A model generated the notes under the pieces. That model saw only the letters and a program-made list of their open reading frames with translations, was not told where the DNA came from and did not search any database. DNA of 64,000 nucleotides from Verrucomicrobiales bacterium (GTDB taxonomy: Bacteria > Verrucomicrobiota > Verrucomicrobiia > Verrucomicrobiales > SLCJ01): positions 64,001 through 128,000 of the forward strand of contig JBJTQJ010000025.1 in the NCBI GenBank assembly GCA_046075565.1, in the 5' to 3' direction. Made by a program: the position numbers and the translations under genes. Shown in pieces: positions 39,871 to 50,570 of the stretch. Within the stretch, counting starts at the first letter, position 1, and each line of letters begins with the position of its first letter.

Positions 39871-41934
39871 TCATCGGCCGCCGAAAAGCCGATCGAAAAG
39901 ACCGCGTTTCTTCGGTGGTTCGGGCGGGGCCGCTTCCACAGGGCGGGCCGGGCGCACCGGCACGTTGATTCCCCGCAGCACTTCGGCGGCGACCGCACGC
40001 GCATCCTCGTTCTCGCCCGCGCCTCCGGCATTTTCCTCAGCCTCGGCGCGTTCGCGCGCGGCATCTTCGGCCTCGCGCATGGCGGTTTCGATGGCGTCGG
40101 TTTTTTTGCTCGCGAGCAATTCCTTGTCGGCCTTCACTTCGGCTTCCATGAGCGGGCCAAAAAAGGCCGAAGCCAGCGGGGCCGCGTTTTTGCCGCCGGA
40201 GACGGTTTGTCCCGGTGCCCCTTCATGAAGAATCGCGAAGGCATATTTCGGTTTATTCACGGGCACGACACCTGCGAACCAAGCTACATACTGGTTCTTG
40301 GCCGGCACCCATTGGCCTGTGCCGGTTTTGCCGCCCAACTTGGCGGCCTTGATGCCCGCGCTTTTTCCGGTGCCGTAGCCGGAATTCACCACATCACTCA
40401 TGCCCTGGAGAATGGTTTCAATGTCATCACTGCGGAAAGTGAGCGGGGTACCGCGGGTTTCTGGCATGGGGAGGAGATTATGGTTCAAATCCTGGATTTG
40501 GCGAACGAGGCGCACCGGGGGCAACTCCGCGCCGTTGCCGATGGCGGCCATGGCGCGGCATACCTGCAATGGTGTCGAGAGCAAGGCACCTTGGCCGATA
40601 CCAAAGTTGGCGAGATCGCCGCCGGCGAGTTTCGGGCGGCCCATGATCTTCTGGGCCCAAGTGTGATCGGGCACGAAGCCCTTGGCCTCGCCCGTAAGCG
40701 GGATGCCTGTGCGTTGCCCGTATCCCAAGGCCAACGAGGTGCGGATGAGCGGGTCGCCGCCCATCTTGAGAGCGACCTGGTAAAACCATGTGTTGGTCGA
40801 GCGGGCCAGTGCCTTTTCGACATCGATGTCCCCCTCGTGGGTTTTCGACCAGTTGTTGAATACACGGTTGCCAACCTGAAGGGATGGCGGGCCGGGCAGC
40901 AGGGTGTGTTTGTCCACCACACCGCTATCGAGTGCGGCCAGACCTACGGTCAGTTTGTAAACCGACGCCGGGGGATACATCGACTGGTAAGCTCTAGCGA
41001 GCAATGGCTTCGATGGATCATCGTTCAACTTCGCCAGATCTTCCGGGCTGATCGCCGGAATAAAAACATTCGGATCGAAGGTCGGCCAGGATCCCATCAC
41101 CAGCACTTCGCCGGTTTTGACATCCATCACCACGAAAGCACCCCGGCGCGAATTTTGCGCGATGATACTTTCCACCCTTTTCTGCATCGCAAGATCGAGC
41201 GTGGTAACGACGGTGTGCCCGGGCACCGGTTTCGTGTCCACTTCCCACGAGATACGACTTCCATCGGCTCCGTACAAGGCGCTGAGGCTGCCCTCCTTGC
41301 CTTTGAGTTCTTTGTCCATAGTCAATTCAAGTCCGGCCCGACCTTCGCTGTCTTCCCAGAGTGGATCGCCATTCTCCGCGGGACCGGTCGGGAACCACCC
41401 GACTTTTCCCACATAACCGACGATATGGGCGGCCGCGTTCCCTTGTGGATAAAAGCGCTGGTAACTGGCGTGGAGGAAAAGATGCTCCGACTTCAGCGGC
41501 TCGAGTTTCTTTTCCTGTTCCTCGGTCAGGATGGGAGTGAAGGCGAGCGGCAACCAGCGCCGGTTCTGGTAGTGATTCAAGATCACCTTGTCTTCCAGAT
41601 CCCATTTTTGCCCGACTGCGGTGTTGGCGCTAACGAATTGCCTGCGTGCGAAGGCAAGGATCTCGGCATCGGTGGCATTGCGGAGAAGGGGAAAATTGAT
41701 CGCCATCTGCCGCACGACGCGGTTTTGGGCGAGCGGACGCCCATGACGATCGGTGATGAGTCCGCGCGGCGCGGGCACCCGCAAACGCAAAGCCCGCGCG
41801 TGGGGATTGGTCTGCCATTGGGCTTCGAGGACCGCCTTGGCTTCGCGCACGGGAGGCGCCTCCTCCTCCTGGGCCGGAAGATGAAGACCCGCCGCGAATG
41901 TGACGGCGGCGATACGGACCAATGTTTGTTTCAT
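39871..41934 (-). CDS. mrdA: Class B penicillin-binding protein (PBP2-like)
   Basis: APRGLITDRHG, RFYPQG, GRAGLE, PASVYK (SxxK), STN (SxN), GKTGT. Confidence 0.85.
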   Translation of the reverse strand: MKQTLVRIAAVTFAAGLHLPAQEEEAPPVREAKAVLEAQWQTNPHARALRLRVPAPRGLITDRHGRPLAQNRVVRQMAINFPLLRNATDAEILAFARRQFVSANTAVGQKWDLEDKVILNHYQNRRWLPLAFTPILTEEQEKKLEPLKSEHLFLHASYQRFYPQGNAAAHIVGYVGKVGWFPTGPAENGDPLWEDSEGRAGLELTMDKELKGKEGSLSALYGADGSRISWEVDTKPVPGHTVVTTLDLAMQKRVESIIAQNSRRGAFVVMDVKTGEVLVMGSWPTFDPNVFIPAISPEDLAKLNDDPSKPLLARAYQSMYPPASVYKLTVGLAALDSGVVDKHTLLPGPPSLQVGNRVFNNWSKTHEGDIDVEKALARSTNTWFYQVALKMGGDPLIRTSLALGYGQRTGIPLTGEAKGFVPDHTWAQKIMGRPKLAGGDLANFGIGQGALLSTPLQVCRAMAAIGNGAELPPVRLVRQIQDLNHNLLPMPETRGTPLTFRSDDIETILQGMSDVVNSGYGTGKSAGIKAAKLGGKTGTGQWVPAKNQYVAWFAGVVPVNKPKYAFAILHEGAPGQTVSGGKNAAPLASAFFGPLMEAEVKADKELLASKKTDAIETAMREAEDAARERAEAEENAGGAGENEDARAVAAEVLRGINVPVRPARPVEAAPPEPPKKRGLFDRLFGGR

Positions 41935-42704
41935 GGTTTCGGGGCTTGGGCGGGGGAAGCGGGCACGGGCTCTTTCGGACCGAGATGTTTGGGCCCGGTG
42001 TCGAATACATACAAATCAAGTATCATACGCACGCGGGCCAGCCGCTCTCGCAGCCAATTGCGGGCTCCGGCAGCTCCCGTCGGTTCGCCACCGCTGTTCA
42101 ATCCGATGGCGTCGATATCGTGGTGGCGGGCCAGACAGATTGCCCGCTCGTTGTGGAAGCCCTGCGTGACAAAAAGAACCGAGGTCTGGCCGAAAACCTC
42201 CTTGACCCGCACCACGGAATCGAGCGTGCGCAGGCCCGCGAAATCGCGCACGATGCGGTCGGCCGGCACCCCTCGCGCCACCAGTTCGTTCTGCATGGCC
42301 TGGGGTTCGTTGTATTCCTTGGCCCGGTTGTCGCCCGAGACGATGATGAAGGGGACTTTGCCTGATTTCCACAAGGCCGCCGCCGCATCCATGCGGGCGG
42401 TGAAATAGGGGTTGTCCACACCGGGCGCGAGGAGAGGTGCCGTTCCGAAGACCAACGCCGGTCTACCCGAGGGGACGGATTCCACCGAGTCGTAGAGGCG
42501 ATCCTTGGAAAGAAAACGAACGTAACCGTCGGCGGCGGCCATCAGGAGCAACGTGACCAATACCACCACCAGAACGAAGCCGAAAATTCTCCGGAAAACC
42601 GCCCGCCAGACCGACGGCTTCTTCGGTTCAACATAGGCCGCCTCGAAGCCGCCCAACATCCGGGGGCCAACAGTCGAAGGGGAGCTGAAGCCGTCTCGTT
42701 TCAT
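41931..42704 (-). CDS. SanA/YdcF (DUF218) family protein
   Basis: NPYFTAR, VSGDN..YNEP, DFAGLRTLDSVVR, TQGFHNERA. Confidence 0.9.
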   Translation of the reverse strand: MKRDGFSSPSTVGPRMLGGFEAAYVEPKKPSVWRAVFRRIFGFVLVVVLVTLLLMAAADGYVRFLSKDRLYDSVESVPSGRPALVFGTAPLLAPGVDNPYFTARMDAAAALWKSGKVPFIIVSGDNRAKEYNEPQAMQNELVARGVPADRIVRDFAGLRTLDSVVRVKEVFGQTSVLFVTQGFHNERAICLARHHDIDAIGLNSGGEPTGAAGARNWLRERLARVRMILDLYVFDTGPKHLGPKEPVPASPAQAPKP

Positions 42705-42752
42705 CCGGGTTGGTGGGTGCGGAGGGGTTCGGCGGTCGCGATCAACCCGCCG

Positions 42753-43730
42753 TCAGCGAGATTTGGAAAGCAACGGGATGGAATCGGGACCGTGTTCGAG
42801 TGCCGCAACCGGTTCATGCTCCAGCACGTCTTCCGCTTCGAGATCCAACTCGGGACGGAAATCCGCCGCATGATACGAGCTGCGCACCAGCGGCCCCGAG
42901 GCCACATGGCGGAATCCTTTCTCCACGGCTCGTTCCTTATACCATTCGAATTTTACCGGTTCGATATATTCGACGACCGGCAAGTGGTTGATCGATGGCC
43001 GAAGATACTGGCCGAGCGTGAGCACGGTGACCATCGATTCGCGCAGATCGTCCATGGCCCGGAGCACTTCGTCTTCTTTTTCTCCAAGCCCTAACATCAT
43101 GCCGCTTTTCGTGGCCACCCGCCCGCCTGCCATCAGCTTGGCCTTTCTCAAGACGGAAAGCGAACGCGTGTAGCGTGCGCGCGAACGAACCAAGGGGGTA
43201 AGCCGCTCCACTGTCTCAAGGTTGTGATTGAAAATGTGCGGGCGCGCCTCCATGACCATCTGCAGCGCCCAGTCCTTGTCGTTGAAATCCGGGACGAGCA
43301 CCTCGATGATGATTCCCGGCACTGCTTCGCGCACCGCCTCGATGACATGGGCGAAATGCTCGGCTCCCCCGTCCTTGAGATCGTCGCGGGCCACCGCCGT
43401 GATGACGACATGGCGCAAGCCCATCCGCTTGGTGGCTTCGGCCACGCGTTGCGGTTCGTCGGCTTCGAGGGCGAAGGGTTTCGCCGTTTTCACCGCGCAG
43501 AAACCGCAAGCCCGCGTGCAGCGGTCACCGGCAATCATGAAGGTCGCGGTCCCTTGCCCCCAACATTCCCAGCGATTCGGGCACTGGGCCTCCTCGCACA
43601 CCGTCACCAGCTTCAAATCCGAAACCATGGCCTTGGTGGACCAGAAAACCGGATTGTTGGGCAACCTCACCTTGATCCAGGATGGTTTTTTCTCCTGGTG
43701 CAGTTTCGGGTCGATTTTGGAGCAGGACAT
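42753..43730 (-). CDS. lipA: Lipoyl synthase
   Basis: CEEAQCPNRWEC, CTRACGFC radical SAM motif, NHNLETV, LVRSSYHA. Confidence 0.98.
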   Translation of the reverse strand: MSCSKIDPKLHQEKKPSWIKVRLPNNPVFWSTKAMVSDLKLVTVCEEAQCPNRWECWGQGTATFMIAGDRCTRACGFCAVKTAKPFALEADEPQRVAEATKRMGLRHVVITAVARDDLKDGGAEHFAHVIEAVREAVPGIIIEVLVPDFNDKDWALQMVMEARPHIFNHNLETVERLTPLVRSRARYTRSLSVLRKAKLMAGGRVATKSGMMLGLGEKEDEVLRAMDDLRESMVTVLTLGQYLRPSINHLPVVEYIEPVKFEWYKERAVEKGFRHVASGPLVRSSYHAADFRPELDLEAEDVLEHEPVAALEHGPDSIPLLSKSR

Positions 43731-44028
43731 GGCAGCGGACAAGATACGATCCCCGCCCGTCGGCGCAATCCCAGCCCGCAAAAATCTTCCGGGATGGCCC
43801 CCGGAACGAAAATTTTCGCGATTTTGGGCTTTTCTCCCCGCGTACCGAAGTGTAAAAAGTGGCTTTGACGGCCCATAGGTCCGGTTCTTTCGGTTCCGGC
43901 AGAATTTGCAGAAATTTCCTAAACCGCGCCCGGAGGATCGGACATCTGCCTACTACCCATCTCCCGTCCACGCCCTGCCCCCCGAAAGGTGGGGAAGGTT
44001 TGGTCGGCCAACCCGTCCACCCTCAGTT

Positions 44029-46362
44029 ATGAAAACAAATCCATCCGTCCGCCCATGGACCTTATCCCGTCGTGCCCGCTTGCTCCCTTTACTCGCGGCC
44101 GCCTGTCTGCCCTCCTCCTTCCTCTCCGCCGCCACCATTGATGGCATCCGCGATGTCGGCGACGGATATATTGAATTGGCCGTGCAGGGAATCTCTACCG
44201 GCTGGGGTTCCGGAAACCATCTTTCCAAAATCGCCGCCATCCAAGACGGCTCGTCGTTGGCTGTTTTTCTCGGAGGGAAACCGGCCGGCAACGCGATCCT
44301 TCTTTTCATTGATTCAAAAGCGGGCGGACCAAGCACCATCAGCAACACGCAGATTGCCTCGGGGCAGCAGGAGCCTTTCACCATTAACAACCTCGGTCCC
44401 TCCGGAGCAGACACCGGTATGACCTTTGAGACTGGCTTCCAGCCCGACTATGCAGTGCGCATTTACGGAAATGGCGCGGGCACCGAGGCGCATGTCAATC
44501 GCTACGATCTGCAGGCGGGAACCAGCAGTTACGTCGGACAATGCTCCGGGACCACCCTCAACCCCGGTACCGGATTCGTGACATCGATCAGCACGATCTG
44601 GACGGATCTGACCGGCGCACAGTCCGCGGTTATCAACGGCGTCGAGATGAAACTTAGCCTCAGCCAAATGGGCGTGCCCTCCGCCTCGGGCCAGACCGTG
44701 AAAATGATGGCCGTGCTGGTGAATGACAGTTCCAGTTGGGGTTCCAACCAGGTTTTGGGTTCGCCCGCCACTCCTTTTGGCGACATCGCTGGCAATATCA
44801 ACAACATTGATTTCGGGACCGTTGGCGGCGTGCAGACGCTTTCGATCACCGTTGACAACAACGACAACGACGGCGACGGCACCCCTGATCCTTCGGATCC
44901 GGACGACGACAACGACGGGCTCACCGACCTCGTGGAAACCAACACCGGGGTCTTTGTGGACGATAATGACACCGGCTCGAACCCCTTTATCGCCGACACC
45001 GACGGCGATGGCTTCACCGACCTGTCAGAAGTCACGGGTAGCCATGGACAACTCGGCGGCCCTTCCGATCCGAATATCTACAACCCGACCGACATCGTGT
45101 TGGCGGGAAATTTCCCCGCGGGCACCACAAATGATTGGAAGCCAGAGGGAGTCGTATCCCCGAACACCTTCGCTACCCGCACCGGCAACGATCTCTTCAG
45201 CAGCCAGCTTGTGTTCGAGTTGGATTTCCACCTGACGGCACCCAATCCATCGATCGCCTACAAATACACCAATGCCCTGGATTGGGGCGCTTCCGGCCAC
45301 CGCAACTGGGGCGCGGGCGGTGCTCCGAACTCGTTGGCCGTAAATGGTGGAGATTTAATCGCCAACATCGGACCCTCCGGCATCTACCGTTTTTCCGGTA
45401 ACTTCAAGAACCTCACCCATAGCCTCGTGCGCCGGAATTTATCCAGCGAAGTGTATGCCAACTTCCAGGACGCCTACGGCATCGGGCTCGCGGAGGAAGA
45501 TGATGATGGGGATGGCTGGACCAACGAACAGGAACAAGCCGCCAATACCGACCCGGAAAACGCCGATACCGATGGAGATGGGCTGGAGGATGATGTTGAT
45601 CCGAACCCGCTCGTCCGCGAGCCGGAATCCCGCAACGTGGTCTTCCGTGTAAACATGAATGTTCAAGCCGCTCTCGGGCACTTCAGCCTTTCCACCGACA
45701 ATGTGGTCGTCAAGGTTTTCTCCGGCGTCCTTTCCGGCGGAAGTGACATTCCCATGACCGATGTGGACAACGACGGCATTTACGTGTCCGCTGCGATTCC
45801 GGTCTCCGGATTCGCCGGCACCAGCTTCGGAACCTTCAAATTCTTCAATACGACTCCGGGTGCGCCCAACTTCGGCTACGAGGAGGGAGCGGATCGTACA
45901 TTCAACCTCGCCGCCAACGGCACGACCCAAACCGTGCCCGATCCTGTCGCCTTCTTCAGCAACAACTCGACCATGCCGGATGGGTATGTGGCTTGGGCCG
46001 GCCCTAGTGGTTACAACCTCGCGCCCAAAGATGGAAGGAATGACGATGCCGACGGCGATGGTTTCACCAACCACCAAGAGTTCTGTTTCGGCACGGTGCC
46101 AAACGCGCCCAACAGCGCGCTTATGACTTACACGTCAGGTCCCGCAGCCAACCAGATGACCATGGTCTGGTTGCAAAGGAACACGGGTGTGACCTACACC
46201 CTGATGGAAAACTCCGATCTCGGGGCGTGGAGTCCCAGTGCGATCGCAACGGCCCCAGCTTCGAACCAGGTTGGTGTGCCGGTTGGTTACACCCGCTTCC
46301 AAGCGACGGTGCCCACCAGCCCGGATCCGAATCATTTCTTCACCGTCAAAGCTGAAGAATAA
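44029..46362 (+). CDS. Large secreted modular protein with Ca-binding DxDxDG repeats and CBM-like modules
   Basis: Signal peptide, repeated DNDGDG/DTDGDG motifs, VVFRVNMN...PMTDVDNDGIY...FKF module, C-terminal DADGDGFTN..EF.FGT.P domain. Confidence 0.7.
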   Translation: MKTNPSVRPWTLSRRARLLPLLAAACLPSSFLSAATIDGIRDVGDGYIELAVQGISTGWGSGNHLSKIAAIQDGSSLAVFLGGKPAGNAILLFIDSKAGGPSTISNTQIASGQQEPFTINNLGPSGADTGMTFETGFQPDYAVRIYGNGAGTEAHVNRYDLQAGTSSYVGQCSGTTLNPGTGFVTSISTIWTDLTGAQSAVINGVEMKLSLSQMGVPSASGQTVKMMAVLVNDSSSWGSNQVLGSPATPFGDIAGNINNIDFGTVGGVQTLSITVDNNDNDGDGTPDPSDPDDDNDGLTDLVETNTGVFVDDNDTGSNPFIADTDGDGFTDLSEVTGSHGQLGGPSDPNIYNPTDIVLAGNFPAGTTNDWKPEGVVSPNTFATRTGNDLFSSQLVFELDFHLTAPNPSIAYKYTNALDWGASGHRNWGAGGAPNSLAVNGGDLIANIGPSGIYRFSGNFKNLTHSLVRRNLSSEVYANFQDAYGIGLAEEDDDGDGWTNEQEQAANTDPENADTDGDGLEDDVDPNPLVREPESRNVVFRVNMNVQAALGHFSLSTDNVVVKVFSGVLSGGSDIPMTDVDNDGIYVSAAIPVSGFAGTSFGTFKFFNTTPGAPNFGYEEGADRTFNLAANGTTQTVPDPVAFFSNNSTMPDGYVAWAGPSGYNLAPKDGRNDDADGDGFTNHQEFCFGTVPNAPNSALMTYTSGPAANQMTMVWLQRNTGVTYTLMENSDLGAWSPSAIATAPASNQVGVPVGYTRFQATVPTSPDPNHFFTVKAEE

Positions 46363-46415
46363 GGGAGACCCCGGGGATCTTGAGACAATCCCCCCCGCCG
46401 CCTCCCGGCAACCAT

Positions 46416-46454
46416 GGGCGCCGCTTCCGCGAGGGAGTGGCGCCCGATTCTTTT
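46416..46454 (+). terminator. Intrinsic terminator
   Basis: GGGCGCCGCTTCC-GCGA-GGGAGTGGCGCCC stem followed by GATTCTTTT. Confidence 0.6.
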
Positions 46455-46558
46455 GTGGAGATGGAAGCACGCTTTCCGGACAGGGTCTTTGGATACAAGA
46501 GGCAAGAGTCTCCAATAATACGGCGTAGCCGATTTCGTAGACCATCACAACCAGACTT

Positions 46559-47845
46559 ATGCATCCGAACGATTATCCGTCCCGCCGCAGCTTTCTTGGC
46601 AGGACCGCGAAAACAGCGGGTGCTCTTGCCGCTTTCTCCACATTTTCGCGCAGACTTCATGCCGCTGATTCTCCGAACTCCACCATTGGAGTCGGTTGTA
46701 TCGGCATCGGCACCCGGGGTGGCGACGTGATGAAAAACGTTCTTGCCGTGCAGGGAGTGAAAGTCGTCGCGGTATGTGATGTTTTTCAACCTCACGTGCA
46801 AAAAGGTCTGGCTCTCGCCGGCAATCCGGAGGCCAAGGGCTATCGCGACTACCGTGAACTGTTGGCCGACCCCAAGGTGGATGCAGTGGTCATCGTCACT
46901 CCCGACCATTGGCACTGCCAGATGGTATTGGATGCGGTGGCGGCAGGCAAAGATATCTACTGCGAAAAAGGTTTTTCCCGCACCTTGGCAGAGGCAAAAC
47001 AAATGCGCGATGCCGTCAATTCCAGCAAGGTGGTGTTCCAACTCGGCCATCAGGGAAGGCAGAACACCGCCGCCTTCCAGGCCAAACAACTCTTTGCCTC
47101 CGGCATCTTTGGACAGGTGACCTTGGCTCGCGTCGGTCGTTTCATGAGCAGCAGCCTTGAGCATCCGACGTGGCGCTGGTATGGCTACTACAGCCAACGC
47201 GAACGCCCTGGTCCGGCGGAGGTCGCGCGTCAACTCGACTGGGAAAGTTGGCTTGGCCCGGCGCCGAAGATTCCATGGAATGAACGGCATTTCTGGCACT
47301 GGCGTTGTTACTGGCCCTACGGCACCGGTCAGGCGGGGGATCTGCTTTCCCACGAGATGGATATGCTCCAGTATGTGCCCGGTCACGGCATTCCCGATAC
47401 CTGCAATTGCTCGGGTCTGGTGGCCCGACTCAAGGACGACCGTGAAGTGCCGGATACCTGGGTCGCGACCTACCAGTTCGAGAAGCTGGGAAGAACCATC
47501 ATTTTTATCGGTAGCATGAACACCCGCGGCGGCCAACCGGTCGAGATTTGCGGCGAGAATGCGACGCTGCGTTTCGATGACATCGGCCAGAATGTCTCCA
47601 ACTTCGAGATCATCCCGGAACGCCACTACGACGGGCCCGAACTTCCCAGCGGCTATCGCCCGCGCGAATCACCGAAACAGCCATCCCACATGCAGGATTT
47701 CTTCAATTGCGTGCGGGACCGGGGCACCCCCAAGTGTCCGGTGGGCGAGGCATTTATCGAAGCGGCCACTTTCCTCATGTCGGTGGAATCGTACCGGCAA
47801 GGCAGGATGGTGCGTTGGGACGCGGCCCGCGAGGAGATCGTGTGA
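46559..47845 (+). CDS. Gfo/Idh/MocA oxidoreductase with Tat signal
   Basis: SRRSFL, CIGIGTRG, TPDHWH, DIYCEKG, WHWRCYWPYGTG. Confidence 0.9.
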   Translation: MHPNDYPSRRSFLGRTAKTAGALAAFSTFSRRLHAADSPNSTIGVGCIGIGTRGGDVMKNVLAVQGVKVVAVCDVFQPHVQKGLALAGNPEAKGYRDYRELLADPKVDAVVIVTPDHWHCQMVLDAVAAGKDIYCEKGFSRTLAEAKQMRDAVNSSKVVFQLGHQGRQNTAAFQAKQLFASGIFGQVTLARVGRFMSSSLEHPTWRWYGYYSQRERPGPAEVARQLDWESWLGPAPKIPWNERHFWHWRCYWPYGTGQAGDLLSHEMDMLQYVPGHGIPDTCNCSGLVARLKDDREVPDTWVATYQFEKLGRTIIFIGSMNTRGGQPVEICGENATLRFDDIGQNVSNFEIIPERHYDGPELPSGYRPRESPKQPSHMQDFFNCVRDRGTPKCPVGEAFIEAATFLMSVESYRQGRMVRWDAAREEIV

Positions 47846-47848
47846 AGG

Positions 47849-48553
47849 TCAGATGTCGGCGGCGGCATCACCCCGCTCCCAGACCCGTTGCTCGAGGGCA
47901 TTCATGGCCGCTTGGGTTTCCGCCTGCTTTTTGCTGGAACCGGCACCGCGGCCGAGTTCCATGCCTTGCCAGCTGACCACGCTGTGAAACTCCTTGGCAT
48001 GGTCGGGCCCGGTTTCTTGCAAAATGGTGTAAACCGGTCCGGGGGAATCGGGACCTTGCAGAAGTTCCTGCAGTTCGCCTTTGGGGTTCATTTCCTCGGG
48101 TTCATGCGCAATCGCTTCCAATTCCGGTTCGCAGGATCGCAGGATGAATGTTTTCGCCTCCTCAATGCCGCTATCGAGATAAACCGCGCCAATGAGCGCC
48201 TCGAAGGCGTCGGAAAGGGCCGAAGCACGCGCGCGGCCTCCGCTGGCTTCCTCGCCCCGGCCAAGCAGGAGAAAGCCTCCCAAACTGAGACGGTCCGCGT
48301 AGGCCCGCAAGGCATCGCGCGAAACCAGGCGGGAGCGCAGCTTGGTCAACCGCCCCTCGGGGAAGCCCGGGAACAAACGGTAGAGATGTTCGGTCAGGAC
48401 GAGCTGGAGCACCGCGTCACCAAGGAATTCAAGCCGTTGATTGTCGAAATGCGGCTTCCGGGTTTCATAAGCGAGGCTCGGGTGGGTGAGCGCCTCTCCC
48501 AGCAACAGGGAGTTGCGGAATTTGTAACCCATGCGCTCTTCCAGCGGAATCAT
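47849..48553 (-). CDS. rnc: Ribonuclease III
   Basis: ALTHPS, NQRLEFLGDAVL, DAFEALIGA, dsRBD NPKGELQE...SKKQAE. Confidence 0.97.
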   Translation of the reverse strand: MIPLEERMGYKFRNSLLLGEALTHPSLAYETRKPHFDNQRLEFLGDAVLQLVLTEHLYRLFPGFPEGRLTKLRSRLVSRDALRAYADRLSLGGFLLLGRGEEASGGRARASALSDAFEALIGAVYLDSGIEEAKTFILRSCEPELEAIAHEPEEMNPKGELQELLQGPDSPGPVYTILQETGPDHAKEFHSVVSWQGMELGRGAGSSKKQAETQAAMNALEQRVWERGDAAADI

Positions 48554-48628
48554 CTTCCGGGATGCTAAACCTTGCCCGATGGGAATGGCAAACGCTTTGC
48601 ACGCCACCGGGCGCGGAAATTTTTCCCA

Positions 48629-48705
48629 TGGGGTGATCGACGGGGCTCGAACCCGCGACAGCCAGAACCACAATCTGGAGCTCTACCAACTGAGCTACGA
48701 CCACC
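48629..48705 (-). tRNA. tRNA-His (GUG)
   Basis: GGTGGTCGTAGCTCAGTTGGTAGAGCTCCAGATTGTGGTTCTGG...GGTTCGAGCCCCGTCGATCACCCCA; cloverleaf, G-1, encoded CCA. Confidence 0.97.
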
Positions 48706-48849
48706 ATTAGGGAATTGAACGGATGCCGGGCGGAACCGGTTACCGGATTGGCAATTTACCACCAGTCGATTTTCGCGCCAGTGGAAATTTTCTTCCCAAA
48801 CGGGGACATTGGGCCGACTACGTCAAGGATTCGATGGCTTCGCCCGCCC

Positions 48850-49866
48850 TTAGTCGGCCTCCGGTTTCGGCTGCCGACCGAACAATTCCGTAAGCGCTGC
48901 GGCAGGATCCTTGCCTTCATGCAAGACAGCATGCACGGCGTCGATGATCGGGGTTTCCACTCCCGATAACCGAGCCGCTTCATAAATGGATGCGGTATTC
49001 GGCACCCCCTCGACGACCATATGCCCCATGGCCGCTAGCGCCTCAGCGACCGTCTTGCCTTGCCCTAAGGCCCGTCCAAGGCGGTGGTTCCGGGAATGTT
49101 CGGAGTAGCAAGTGACAACCAAATCACCGACCCCGGACAACCCCTGGAATGTTTCTGCCCGGCCTCCCATTGCTGTTCCCAGCCGCGTCATTTCCGCGAG
49201 CCCTCGCGTCACGAGCGCTGCTTTCGCATTGTCGCCAAGCCCGAGGCCTTCCGCGATGCCGCCGCCAATAGCGAAAACATTTTTCATCGCTCCCCCGAGT
49301 TCGATGCCCGCTACATCCGTGCTGCTATAGACCCGAAACCAAGGCAAACGAAAGGTCTCCTGCAACGCTTCGGCCACCGCCTGATCTTCGCACCCCACAA
49401 CCGATGCGGTCGCCAACCGTTTGGCCACTTCTTCGGCATGATTCGGACCCGATAAAACCGCAACCGGATGCTCTGGCAACCTCTGCTTCATTACCTCCGA
49501 CATCCGGCGCCCCGTGTGCGCCTCGATTCCTTTGCTACACGAAACCAAGACCGCGCCCGTGGACAAACCCGCCCCCGCCAGCGCTTCCGCTGTCGCGTCT
49601 GCCGCCGCCGAAGGCGTGACAACAAGCACAAGCGGAGCCATCGTCACGCCGCTTAAATCCGAGGTTACCGCAATCGCATCCGGAAGCTTGGCTCCCGGCA
49701 AATACTCGGAGTTTTCCCTAGTGGCGGACATTTCTTCTGCCTGACGTGGATTCCTACACCAGAGATTCACCAATAGCCCGCGCTCGGCGAGTGCCAACGC
49801 CAAAGCCGTTCCCCACGATCCTGCTCCAACGACGGTGGCGATGGAAAATGGCGGTGTATCCTTCAT
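48850..49866 (-). CDS. gpsA: NAD(P)H-dependent glycerol-3-phosphate dehydrogenase
   Basis: GAGSWGTALA, SKGIE, SGPNHA, GAMKNV, GVGDLVVTC, SRN. Confidence 0.97.
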   Translation of the reverse strand: MKDTPPFSIATVVGAGSWGTALALALAERGLLVNLWCRNPRQAEEMSATRENSEYLPGAKLPDAIAVTSDLSGVTMAPLVLVVTPSAAADATAEALAGAGLSTGAVLVSCSKGIEAHTGRRMSEVMKQRLPEHPVAVLSGPNHAEEVAKRLATASVVGCEDQAVAEALQETFRLPWFRVYSSTDVAGIELGGAMKNVFAIGGGIAEGLGLGDNAKAALVTRGLAEMTRLGTAMGGRAETFQGLSGVGDLVVTCYSEHSRNHRLGRALGQGKTVAEALAAMGHMVVEGVPNTASIYEAARLSGVETPIIDAVHAVLHEGKDPAAALTELFGRQPKPEAD

Positions 49867-50519
49867 TGCGATTTTGAATCGGAGTTTTCCGGCTGAGGTG
49901 GGCGTGTGGACTCAAAGCGGTGTTCGCGTCCCGCCTTGAGATTCTGAATGTTGGAGCGATGGCGCCAAATGGCCAAAACGGCAATCGCAATCGTGAATCC
50001 GAGGAAGTAGGGACGCCACTCGCCTTTCGCCAAGGAGAATCCGATTTCAGCACACGGAATGGCCACAGCCGCAGCCATGGAAGCGACGGAAACATAGCGG
50101 GTTGCCTTGAAGGCAACACCCCAAACCGCCAGAGCAATCAAAAGCGGCCACGGAAGTAATCCGAGCAACACACCGGCGGAAGTGGCGATCCCCTTTCCGC
50201 CTTTGAAACCCACCCAAGGTGAATAGTTGTGCCCGAGAATCGCGGCCAAACCCGTGGCAATGGACACCCACTCGGGAGAAGGAGTGGCGGCAAACCACCC
50301 CAAACTGGCCAGCACGGGCAGCAACCCCTTGAGGAAATCGAAAACAAAAACTGCGATCCCGTAGGGTTTCCCAACCACCCGCAGCACATTCGTCGCCCCG
50401 ATATTCCCCGATCCATGCTTTCGGATATCAACCCCCTTCCACCTTGCTACAAGCAAGCCAAATGGAATTGACCCGGCGGCAAACCCCACCAAAGGGAGAA
50501 TAAAGTTGGAGGAAAACAC
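49863..50519 (-). CDS. plsY: Glycerol-3-phosphate acyltransferase
   Basis: GSIPFG, GSGNIGATNVLR, DFLKG, GH...FKGGKGIAT, RHRSNI. Confidence 0.96.
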   Translation of the reverse strand: MFSSNFILPLVGFAAGSIPFGLLVARWKGVDIRKHGSGNIGATNVLRVVGKPYGIAVFVFDFLKGLLPVLASLGWFAATPSPEWVSIATGLAAILGHNYSPWVGFKGGKGIATSAGVLLGLLPWPLLIALAVWGVAFKATRYVSVASMAAAVAIPCAEIGFSLAKGEWRPYFLGFTIAIAVLAIWRHRSNIQNLKAGREHRFESTRPPQPENSDSKSQ

Positions 50520-50570
50520 CCACCACTAAATCCCGTGCCCCCCCGCCCCGCAAATCTAACTCGTTCCTTT

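Noticed and set aside
40207-42408. 733-aa plus-strand ORF
   Set aside because: Antisense shadow of mrdA and the SanA-family gene
44850-45610. GAC/AAC-rich tandem repeats or a CRISPR-like array
   Set aside because: They encode Ca-binding DxDxDG motifs inside a CDS; no repeat-spacer periodicity and no cas genes in the window
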